Assembly: GCA_036264815.1 (NCBI GenBank)
Contig: DATAQH010000229.1
Coordinates: 1-35,551 of the forward strand
Length of the DNA: 35,551 nt
DNA from: Candidatus Cybelea sp.
Lineage (GTDB): Bacteria > Vulcanimicrobiota > Vulcanimicrobiia > Vulcanimicrobiales > Vulcanimicrobiaceae
Reading direction: 5' to 3'
Part shown: one piece after another, positions 8,118 through 16,366 of the stretch
Position numbering within the stretch: position 1 is the first letter of the stretch
How the letters are laid out: every line of letters starts with the position of its first letter
Notes under the pieces: generated by a model
What the model saw: the letters and a program-made list of their open reading frames with translations, nothing else
Told to the model about the DNA's origin: nothing
The model's database searches: none
Translations under genes and position numbers: made by a program

Positions 8118-8938
8118 AACTCTCCCAGGCGATCTCGCGGTGGACGCCGGCCGGCGAACGATTCGTCTCGGATCCATTGAGCCTGCTGCAGGCAGGCTGG
8201 GGCGAGATCGTTGGCGCGGAGGTCGCCAAAAACTCCAGCCCGTCGCGCGTCGTGGACGGTACGTTGATCGTCGTCACGCGTTCGGCGGCGTGGAGCCATC
8301 AGCTGAGCTTCCTCGCCGAACGCGTCCGCGAGGCCGTTGCCGCCAGGCTGCCGAGCGCCGGAATCGAGCGGCTGCGATTCCGCGTGGGAGCGCTACCCAA
8401 ACGCGCCGCCGCGCCAATCCCAAGGAACAGCCGGGCCAACCCCCAGCGCGGTACGCCGCCGCCGGCCGAGAGCGCGGGCCAGGCTCTCGAGCGCTTCGCG
8501 CGCAACGTCGACGCCGCGAGGCGGGCCAAGCGGGCAGCTGGGTGGAAGGAATGCGAGGCCTGCGGCGACCTTGTGACGCCTTCGCGAGCGCAGTATTGCG
8601 TCACGTGCAGCGCGGCCCGTCTCCAACAGCGTGCGCTGGCAACGGCGAGGCTGCTCTTCGAAGCCCCCTGGCTAGGTTTTGCTGGAACGGCCGAGCTCGT
8701 CGACGGGTTATGTAAGTCGGAGTACGAGAGCCTTCGGAGCCAGCTGCTCAAACGCTGGTGGGGAATGCTCGAACAAACGAGGCTCGCCGGGCGCCTATCG
8801 CGCGATGGCCGCGAGCGGCAGGTTGCGAGCTCGTACGTCGTACTGCGAAGCAAAATTCCGCCGGAAGAGATTGCTCCGGCAACCGTGCGCAACGTCTTGG
8901 GCGACGAACTGCACGATTTACTTTACGCTGACGAATAA
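8111..8938 (+). CDS. DUF721/DciA-like protein with zinc ribbon and a C-terminal extension
   Basis: ORF 8066-8938. Likely GTG start at 8111, overlapping the recF stop. DUF721-like core WGEIVGAEVAKNSSPSRVVDGTLIVVTRSAAWSHQLSFLAERVREAV in the canonical recF-gyrB position. CEACGDLVTPSRAQYCVTC is a CxxC...CxxC ribbon, followed by a ~100-aa tail. Confidence 0.8.
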   Translation: MLKLSQAISRWTPAGERFVSDPLSLLQAGWGEIVGAEVAKNSSPSRVVDGTLIVVTRSAAWSHQLSFLAERVREAVAARLPSAGIERLRFRVGALPKRAAAPIPRNSRANPQRGTPPPAESAGQALERFARNVDAARRAKRAAGWKECEACGDLVTPSRAQYCVTCSAARLQQRALATARLLFEAPWLGFAGTAELVDGLCKSEYESLRSQLLKRWWGMLEQTRLAGRLSRDGRERQVASSYVVLRSKIPPEEIAPATVRNVLGDELHDLLYADE

Positions 8939-8945
8939 AGGTTGA

Positions 8946-10841
8946 ATGTCGACGAATTATACAGGCGAGCAGATCGAGGTTTTACGTGGGCTGGAGGCCG
9001 TACGCAAGCGCCCTGGCATGTACGTCGGTAATACGGCCGAACGCGGCTTGCACCAACTCGTCTACGAAGCCGTCGACAACGCCGTCGACGAAGCACTCGC
9101 CGGGTACGCTCACAACGTGCACGTCGTCCTGTATGCGGACGGCTCGTGCTCGGTCGATGACGACGGGCGCGGCATTCCGACCGACATCCACGCCGAAGAG
9201 AAGAAGCCGGCGCTCGAGGTCGTCATGACGATGCTCCACGCCGGCGGCAAGTTCGGTAAGGGCGGTTATAAAGTCTCGGGCGGATTGCACGGCGTCGGCA
9301 TCTCCGTCGTCAACGGGCTCTCGGAGTGGATGGTGACGCAGGTAAAGCGCGACGGCTTCCTTTGGGAGATGAAGTTCGCGCGCGGCATCACCGTTCAAAA
9401 GCTCAAGAAGGTCGGAAAAGCCGAGGGAACCGGTACGCTCCAGTGGTTCAAGCCGGACCCCGAAGTCTTCGAGGTCACCGAGTTCCATTGGGACATCTTG
9501 CAAAAGCGGCTGCGCGAACTGGCGTTCTTGAACCGCGGTCTGGCGATTACGCTGCGCGACGAGCGCGGGGAGACGCCGCGCGAGCGCAGCTACACATTCG
9601 ACGGCGGGATCGTTTCGTTCGTCGAGTGGCTTAACGAAAAGAAAGATACGCTGGCGCCGATCATTTCGACGCACGCCGAGCGCGACGGCGTCGACGTCGA
9701 AGTGGCGATGCAGTACACCGACTCGTACGCCGATCAAATCTATTCCTACGCGAACAATATCGGGACGATCGAGGGCGGAATGCACCTGCAAGGCTTCCGC
9801 CAGGCCGTTACCAATGCGGTCAACTCCTACGCGCGCAAGCGCGGGCTCCTCAAGGAGGCCGACAGCTCGCTTTCTACCGACGACATCATGGAAGGCTTGA
9901 CGGCCGTGGTCTCCGTGAAGCTGCAAGATCCACAGTTCGAAGGTCAGACGAAGACGAAGCTCGGCAACGCGCGAGTACGCAGCATCGTGGCGGGCCTCGT
10001 CTCCGAACGCCTCGACTTCTTTCTCGAAGAGAATCCGAAGTACGCGCGCGCGATCGTGGAAAAGTGCATGCAGGCGCAGCGCGCCCGCGACGCAGCGAAG
10101 AAAGCGCGCGACCTCTCGCGGCGCAAGAACGCGCTGGAAGGTTCGGGCCTGCCGGGTAAACTCGTCGACTGCAAGAACGCCAACGCCGCCGAGAGCGAGC
10201 TTTTTCTCGTAGAAGGCGACTCGGCGGGGGGGACCGCGAAGGGCGGCCGCGACCCCAACAATCAAGCGATCCTGCCCCTGCGCGGCAAAATTCTCAACGT
10301 CGAGAAAGCGCGTCTCGATAAGGTTCTCGCCAACGAAGAGATTCGCACGATGATCACGGCGCTCGGCACCGGTTTCGGAGACGAGTTCAACGTGCAGAAG
10401 CTGCGCTACCATAAGATCATCATCATGACCGACGCCGACGTCGACGGATCTCACATCCGCACGCTGCTGCTGACGTTCTTCTACCGCCAGATGAAGCCGC
10501 TGGTCGTGGAAGGCCACGTCTTCATCGCTCAGCCGCCGCTCTACGGCATCCGAAAGGGAAAAAAGCAGTGGTGGGCCTTCAACGAAGGAGAGCTCAAGTC
10601 GATCGTCGGCGAGGATGGCAAAGACTACGCGATTCAGCAGTACAAGGGTCTGGGCGAAATGGATGCCGAGCAGCTTGCCGAGACGACGATGGAAGTTGGG
10701 CACCGCCGGCTCAAACAGATCACGGTTGAGGACGTCGTCGAGGCCGAGCAAATCTTCACGGACTTGATGGGCGACAAAGTCGAGCCCCGCAAGCAGTATA
10801 TCTTCGAGTACGCCAAGAGCGTAAAGAATCTCGATCTGTAA
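8946..10841 (+). CDS. gyrB: DNA gyrase subunit B
   Basis: 631-aa ORF. GLEAVRKRPGMYVG, GHKL ATPase motifs (GLHGVG), Toprim EGDSAGG, and PLRGKILNVEKA. Short (non-insert) GyrB type. Confidence 0.97.
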   Translation: MSTNYTGEQIEVLRGLEAVRKRPGMYVGNTAERGLHQLVYEAVDNAVDEALAGYAHNVHVVLYADGSCSVDDDGRGIPTDIHAEEKKPALEVVMTMLHAGGKFGKGGYKVSGGLHGVGISVVNGLSEWMVTQVKRDGFLWEMKFARGITVQKLKKVGKAEGTGTLQWFKPDPEVFEVTEFHWDILQKRLRELAFLNRGLAITLRDERGETPRERSYTFDGGIVSFVEWLNEKKDTLAPIISTHAERDGVDVEVAMQYTDSYADQIYSYANNIGTIEGGMHLQGFRQAVTNAVNSYARKRGLLKEADSSLSTDDIMEGLTAVVSVKLQDPQFEGQTKTKLGNARVRSIVAGLVSERLDFFLEENPKYARAIVEKCMQAQRARDAAKKARDLSRRKNALEGSGLPGKLVDCKNANAAESELFLVEGDSAGGTAKGGRDPNNQAILPLRGKILNVEKARLDKVLANEEIRTMITALGTGFGDEFNVQKLRYHKIIIMTDADVDGSHIRTLLLTFFYRQMKPLVVEGHVFIAQPPLYGIRKGKKQWWAFNEGELKSIVGEDGKDYAIQQYKGLGEMDAEQLAETTMEVGHRRLKQITVEDVVEAEQIFTDLMGDKVEPRKQYIFEYAKSVKNLDL

Positions 10842-10949
10842 CCTTCGGCGCAGCCTCCCGGGCGCAATCGGAACCTTGGCAGTTTAGAACTGGCTTAACG
10901 TAGCGGGGCGAACCCGCGCGCAGGAGGTATAACTGCACCAGGACTCCAC

Positions 10950-13900
10950 GTGCGAAAACGCTTTGCAATCGGCCTGGTGGCCGCGGCGATAGTTATCGGG
11001 CTCGCGGTCGCAAAGCGCCACGAGCTGCTTCGCGGCGCCCTCGTGGCCGGCGCGGGGATTGCCGGATATCAGCTGCGCATCGGCGGGCTGCACGTCGACC
11101 GGGACGAAGCCGTGATTGCCGGGCTCTCCGTAGCGCGCGCGTCGCAGCCGCTGCTGCGCGCGAAGCGCATTACGCTGCGTTACTCCCTGCGCGATCTCTT
11201 TCCGGGCAGCCGGCATCGCTTCGGGCTCGTCGACGTCGAAGCCGTAGGCGTCAAGCTAACGCTTACTCGATTTCGCGACGGAAGCTTCGATATCGCGTTG
11301 CCGGGCACGGGCCCGGCGCCGCCCGGGCCGCAGCCCGTCAACGGCGTACCGCTGCGCTTCCACGCCCGCGTCGCCGACGCGCAGATCGTCCTTCGGGAGC
11401 CGACCGCTTTCGATGCAAGCGCGCGCACGATACGCATCAACGGCATCAACGGCGACGCCGGCATCGATTCGGCAGCGGTTACGAGCTATCGCGTCGCAGG
11501 CGCGTTCGAAGAGCGCCGGCGGCGGGAGCCGTTTACCGTGCGCGGGCGAATCGACGAGCCGGCCGGCTTCGCCACGCATCACGCCAAGGCGGCTCGTTTT
11601 CCGCTGCGCGCCCTCTCGAACTATTTCGCGCAGAGCCCCGACGTCGTGATCCTGCGCGGCGGCGCGAGCAACTTCGATGCAGTCGTTTATGCACTCGGCC
11701 TCGAGACGGGTGTGCCGCCTTCGTATCACGTGACTTTGAAGCTCGACGTCCACGACGCGCGTCTCGCCTTTCGCGCACTGGCAATTCCTATCGAGGATAT
11801 CAATGCCCGGCTCAACGTCGTCGACAACGCGTTCTTCGTAACGGGCGCGCGCGCGACGCTGGCGAAGATCCCGCTGCAGATTCGCGGGGGAATCTTCGAT
11901 CTTAGCGGCGCGCTCACCGGTGCGGCGCAACTTCGTCTGGCCGTTTGGGGAAGCGGCAGCCTCAACAATTTGCGCGAGGCCTTTTCCTTCACGCGCGACC
12001 AGCCGATCGCGGGTAAGGTGACGCTCGGCGTTTCCGTGCGCGGTCCGATCAACGATCCGCTGATCGTTGCCAAGGCGACCGCGCCTCGCGCCAGCTATCG
12101 CGCGCTTCCGTTCGATGACCTAGCGGCCGGCGTCGTGTATCACTCCAGCGTCGTCGCGCTTGCGCCGCTGCTCGCGCGCTACGGAGGGGTTTCGGTGGCG
12201 ATTCGCGGGAGGCTGCAGACCGGCGCGCATTTGAAGTCAGAGTTCGGCCTCCATGTCGCCGGGCCGGCAAGCCGGCTGCCGTATCTCGACGAGATGCTTG
12301 GCGACGAGCCGATCCTCATCGATGCGGTCGCCACCGGCAACGACCTACGCTTTCACCTGCTCGGCAGCGCCGCATCCGCGCGTGGAGTCGATCGCGTGGC
12401 CGCGCTCGTCCAGATGAACGGCAACGGAACCGCGCTCGTCGACCCGTTCTGGCTGCACACGCCACGCGGCAACCTCGACGGGGGATACCTGCTCGATCGT
12501 CCGAGGGGCACGAGTGCGTTTTGGATGATCGCCGACCGTTTGGCGATGCGCGCACCGCGCTACAACGCGTTTCCGAACTTGACGCTGCCGCAGGTGCCGA
12601 AGATCGACGGGGGACCCTTCGGCATATCGGTTGCGGGCGGGGGCGCCGGCAACGACATCGTCTTAGCCGGAGTCGTGCACGGATCGAACGCGAGTATCGC
12701 CGGAGTGCACTTCACGCGGCTGCGTGCTTCGTTGGCCGGCACCCTCGCGAACGCGCCGATCAACCGTCTGGAGGCCGATGGACCCTGGGGAACATTTGCG
12801 GGCAGCGGCGCTTTTTCGACGCAGCGATTCGTCGCGAGCGGGAAGTATCGCGGCACCTTTGAAGGCCTCGCTCCACTTCTCGGCAGCGCGATCGAGGGCC
12901 GCGGACCGGTTAGCGGCAAGGTTGCGATCGCCGTCGAGGGCGCGCGGATCGTCGTCGTCGGTTCGGATCTTGCAATGCCTGGTGCAACCCTGCGAAGCAT
13001 TCCGATCGATCGTGCCAGCGTGACGCTGGCGGTCGAGGGAAACCGGCTGCGAATCTATTCGGCGCACGCGCATGCCGCCGGCGGCGACGTCGTAGCAGCG
13101 GGCACTTTTGCGCTAGGCCCGGGCGCCAAAGTTGGTTCGCTTTCTTTGGTCGCCAATCGGCTCGCCGCCTCTCAGCTGCGCGGCATCGGCCTGCCGCTCG
13201 AAGGCGGTACGATCTCGGCGAGCGGAAATTTGCGCGCGGGTTCGCCGGTCCCGAGCTTTCTCGGGGGCGTGGCGGTCAACGGCTCGCGCGTCGCGCAGTT
13301 TTCGCTGGCGGGTGACTCCGAGATCGACCTTCACGGCGACTCCGTAGGACTGCGGCGGATGCTCGGAGCGCTCGGCGGAACGTACGCGCGGGTAGACGGA
13401 AGTATCGGTTCGCTGACCTCGGGGTCGCCGAGCTACTCGCTTAACGCCGAGGTGGCGGCTTCGCAGATCTCGCGCACGCTGCACGCGTTCGGCCTTCCAA
13501 ACTACATGACCGACGGCTCGTTCAACGCGCGCGTGCATATCGGCGGGCGAAGCGCTTCGCCGACGGTAAGCGGCGCGATCGGCGTACCGGCGGGCGAGGT
13601 CAACGGCCTGCCGTTCGTCGACGCGAGCGCCGCACTCAACGCGGATCGAACTGGAGTGAGCATGCGAGGAGGGTCGGTGGTCGTCGGCACGACGAAGGCG
13701 CGCTTCGATGCCGTCTCGCGCCCGCACGTCCTGGCGATGCAGGTGGACGCACCCTACGCCGATCTCTCCGATTTCAATAATTTTTTCGATACCGGCGATA
13801 CGCTCGACGGTGACGGCAGCGTGCGTATCGCGGCTGCCTCGAGCCAAGCGCGCATAACGACAAGCGGCAACATCGATATCCGCAGTCTGCGCTATCGAAA

Positions 13901-16178
13901 TCTGCCAATCGGCGATACGCGCGCCGTGTGGTCGAGCGCGCGCAACACGGTAAGCGGAACGTTGGCCGTCGGCGGCCGTGAAGGCGTGCTGCACGCCCAC
14001 GGCACGATCGACTTGGTGCCGGGTCCGCAGTGGCTCGATACGCTCGAGCGCTCGCGCTACGATCTCGCCGCGGGCGTCAGCAATCTCGATCTGTCACTCT
14101 GGCTGCCGGCGCTCGGAATGCAGGCGGTGCCCATTACGGGACGGGCCGCCGGAGAGGCGACGGTTCGCGGCCGGTTTCCAGAGATCGGGGGGCGCGGCCA
14201 CGCCGGCATCTCAGGCGGTACGCTCGGACCGCTAACGCTCGATACCGCGACGGTGGCGCTGCACGCCGCGGGCAGGCGCGTGGTCGTCGACCAAGCCCAG
14301 CTGCTGACGCCGGGGCTCTCCGCTACCGCCTCCGGTACGCTCGGCTTCGACGCGTCGCAGCCGCTCGATCTGCGGGTCTACGCGGCGACGAACCGGCTCG
14401 CCGAGCTCGTCTACGACGCTGCGCGAGTGCGTATTCCGGTTAGCGGCGCGTTCGAATCGACGCTGACCATCGGCGGAACGTATCGCGTGCCGACCTTCGT
14501 TGCCGGCTTCGATGGAACCGCCGTGAAAGCGTACGGCATTCCGATTTCCACGCTCTTTGGGGAGCTGCGCTTGCGCCGCAACGCGCTCGTGCTCTCGAAT
14601 GCGGGGGTGACCTTCAAGAAGGGCGAGGCGAGCCTAACCGGTGCCGTGCCGCTGCGGCTTGCGCCGCTCGGTATCACGCTGGATCAACCGTTGAGCTTCG
14701 ACGTAGACGTCGTCGGCCTCGATCCTGGAATCTTTTCCGATACGCTCGGCGGCAATACGAAGATGACCGGATCGCTCGACGGGCACCTCGGCGTCTCGGG
14801 GACGTTGCGTAGTCCGGCGCTCGTCGGCCGCGTCTCGCTGGCGAATGGGTCGTACGTCAGCGACCTAGAGCGCATCCCGATTACGCAGATGGTAGCGGAT
14901 ATCGTCTTCGATCACGCGGCCGCCTCGCTCGTCAGGGCGTCGGCGCGCGCCGGCAGCGGAGTACTCTCGGGGTCCGGCAAGGTATCGTTCCCTTCGGGAC
15001 TCTCGGCCGCCGGATTATCGATTGCGCTGACCGGGGTCGCACGCGGAGCGCAGCTCGACCTTCCCGCTTACGGCAGTGGAACGCTCGACGCGGCGCTGAC
15101 GGTGGCGAAGCAGCCGTCTGGTCTCGCCCTCCTTTCGGGAAGCGTGACGCTCAGCAATGCGGCGTTGCCCTTCGCCTCATTTCTTAAAGCTGCCACGCAG
15201 ACGGGTGCCGGGCAAACGCTCGCTTTGCCGCTTGCCTTCGACGTGCGAGCGACGGCCGGCAAGAACGTGAGGGTTCGGGGGAACGGCTACGGCGCCGGGC
15301 TCGACATCGGCGCGAGCGGATCGGTCCGGCTTGCGGGTACCCTCGCCGCCCCGACCCTCGAGGGCACGTTCGAGTCCACGGGAGGCACGCTGACCTATTT
15401 CGATCGCGCCTTTCGCGTTCAGCAGGCGAGCGTTCGGTTCGATGCCGCGGACGGCGTGCTTCCGACGCTTCATGCCGTCGCGAGCACAACGGTCGTGAAT
15501 CCCGATCCCGACCGGGGCCGCAATCCGTATGGGAGCGCGGACGTGACCATCACGGTCAACGGTCCGATCGCCGGCCTAAAGGTCGGCCTCGACTCGAGTC
15601 CGTCGGGGTACACGCGGGATCAGATACTCGCGCTCATCGCGCCGCTCGGCGGCTTCGTAAGCGGTATCTCGTTTAGCCGCCAGCAACTGCTGGCCCGGCA
15701 GCAGCCGGCCGGGATCACGCCGCTGGGCACGCTCTCCCCGATACCGAACGTATCGCTATCGCAGAACAGCAGCATTACGGTCGGCCAGGAAGCCTTTAAC
15801 ATTCTCAACGCTCAGTTTACCGCCGGACTGCTGGCTCCGGTGGAGACCACGATCGGGCAAGGGCTCGGGCTCTCGAGCATCAACTTGACGCTCGGCTATT
15901 ACGGAAACGTCGGATTGACCGCCACGCGCTTGCTCGGCAAAGCCGTGAGCGCAGTGTACGCCGTAACTTTCGGTCTACCTCAGGTGCAATCGTTTGGGCT
16001 GGTGCTCCAGCCCGGGCCGACGACCACGGCAAACCTCAACTTCTTCTACCAATCAGGCCCGACGAAACTTTTACAGCTCCCCGGCTCGCCGATCGGATAC
16101 AGCGCCGGCTATCTCGTCGGCCAGCCGTTGCTCGGTAACAGCGGCTTCAGCCTTACCCTGCAGCACTATTTCTGGTGA
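10950..16178 (+). CDS. tamB: TamB/AsmA-like translocation and assembly module protein (DUF490-type C-terminus), 1742 aa
   Basis: Single N-terminal TM anchor (FAIGLVAAAIVIGLAVA) followed by a very long G/A/S/V/T-rich beta-type region. C-terminal region GGTLTYFDRAFRVQQASVRFDAADGVLPTLHAVAST resembles the TamB DUF490 signature. The protein ends in aromatic ...LQHYFW and lies directly upstream of bamA. Confidence 0.85.
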   Translation: MRKRFAIGLVAAAIVIGLAVAKRHELLRGALVAGAGIAGYQLRIGGLHVDRDEAVIAGLSVARASQPLLRAKRITLRYSLRDLFPGSRHRFGLVDVEAVGVKLTLTRFRDGSFDIALPGTGPAPPGPQPVNGVPLRFHARVADAQIVLREPTAFDASARTIRINGINGDAGIDSAAVTSYRVAGAFEERRRREPFTVRGRIDEPAGFATHHAKAARFPLRALSNYFAQSPDVVILRGGASNFDAVVYALGLETGVPPSYHVTLKLDVHDARLAFRALAIPIEDINARLNVVDNAFFVTGARATLAKIPLQIRGGIFDLSGALTGAAQLRLAVWGSGSLNNLREAFSFTRDQPIAGKVTLGVSVRGPINDPLIVAKATAPRASYRALPFDDLAAGVVYHSSVVALAPLLARYGGVSVAIRGRLQTGAHLKSEFGLHVAGPASRLPYLDEMLGDEPILIDAVATGNDLRFHLLGSAASARGVDRVAALVQMNGNGTALVDPFWLHTPRGNLDGGYLLDRPRGTSAFWMIADRLAMRAPRYNAFPNLTLPQVPKIDGGPFGISVAGGGAGNDIVLAGVVHGSNASIAGVHFTRLRASLAGTLANAPINRLEADGPWGTFAGSGAFSTQRFVASGKYRGTFEGLAPLLGSAIEGRGPVSGKVAIAVEGARIVVVGSDLAMPGATLRSIPIDRASVTLAVEGNRLRIYSAHAHAAGGDVVAAGTFALGPGAKVGSLSLVANRLAASQLRGIGLPLEGGTISASGNLRAGSPVPSFLGGVAVNGSRVAQFSLAGDSEIDLHGDSVGLRRMLGALGGTYARVDGSIGSLTSGSPSYSLNAEVAASQISRTLHAFGLPNYMTDGSFNARVHIGGRSASPTVSGAIGVPAGEVNGLPFVDASAALNADRTGVSMRGGSVVVGTTKARFDAVSRPHVLAMQVDAPYADLSDFNNFFDTGDTLDGDGSVRIAAASSQARITTSGNIDIRSLRYRNLPIGDTRAVWSSARNTVSGTLAVGGREGVLHAHGTIDLVPGPQWLDTLERSRYDLAAGVSNLDLSLWLPALGMQAVPITGRAAGEATVRGRFPEIGGRGHAGISGGTLGPLTLDTATVALHAAGRRVVVDQAQLLTPGLSATASGTLGFDASQPLDLRVYAATNRLAELVYDAARVRIPVSGAFESTLTIGGTYRVPTFVAGFDGTAVKAYGIPISTLFGELRLRRNALVLSNAGVTFKKGEASLTGAVPLRLAPLGITLDQPLSFDVDVVGLDPGIFSDTLGGNTKMTGSLDGHLGVSGTLRSPALVGRVSLANGSYVSDLERIPITQMVADIVFDHAAASLVRASARAGSGVLSGSGKVSFPSGLSAAGLSIALTGVARGAQLDLPAYGSGTLDAALTVAKQPSGLALLSGSVTLSNAALPFASFLKAATQTGAGQTLALPLAFDVRATAGKNVRVRGNGYGAGLDIGASGSVRLAGTLAAPTLEGTFESTGGTLTYFDRAFRVQQASVRFDAADGVLPTLHAVASTTVVNPDPDRGRNPYGSADVTITVNGPIAGLKVGLDSSPSGYTRDQILALIAPLGGFVSGISFSRQQLLARQQPAGITPLGTLSPIPNVSLSQNSSITVGQEAFNILNAQFTAGLLAPVETTIGQGLGLSSINLTLGYYGNVGLTATRLLGKAVSAVYAVTFGLPQVQSFGLVLQPGPTTTANLNFFYQSGPTKLLQLPGSPIGYSAGYLVGQPLLGNSGFSLTLQHYFW

Positions 16179-16366
16179 TCTGCCGCTCCATTCGTTCCAG
16201 ACGTTCCCTTGATTAAGTACGCGTTGGAGCATCGGCAACGGAGCAAGGACCCCGGCAAAGGCGGGCGGAACAGGGCGTGCCGGGCCGCAGGCGATATGCT
16301 TGCAGCGAGGTGCCCGTGCTAAACATGCCCGCCACGTCGAGAGCAGATTGAGAACGACTTTTTCAG

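Noticed and set aside
8982-10751. 589-aa minus-strand ORF antisense to gyrB. Similar long antisense or alternate-frame ORFs lie at 7032-8177, 16319-17656, 25533-27176, 26575-28440, 21312-22478 and 11256-11930.
   Set aside because: They are Arg/Ala/Pro-rich low-complexity translations lying opposite or out of frame to genes with unmistakable homology. This is a typical stop-codon-poor artefact of GC-rich DNA.
16179-16366. Promoter-like hexamers (TTGATT..., TTGCAG...TAAACA) in the tamB-bamA spacer.
   Set aside because: Spacings are off (about 14 or more than 20 nt) and the hexamers are weak. I could not support a specific call.
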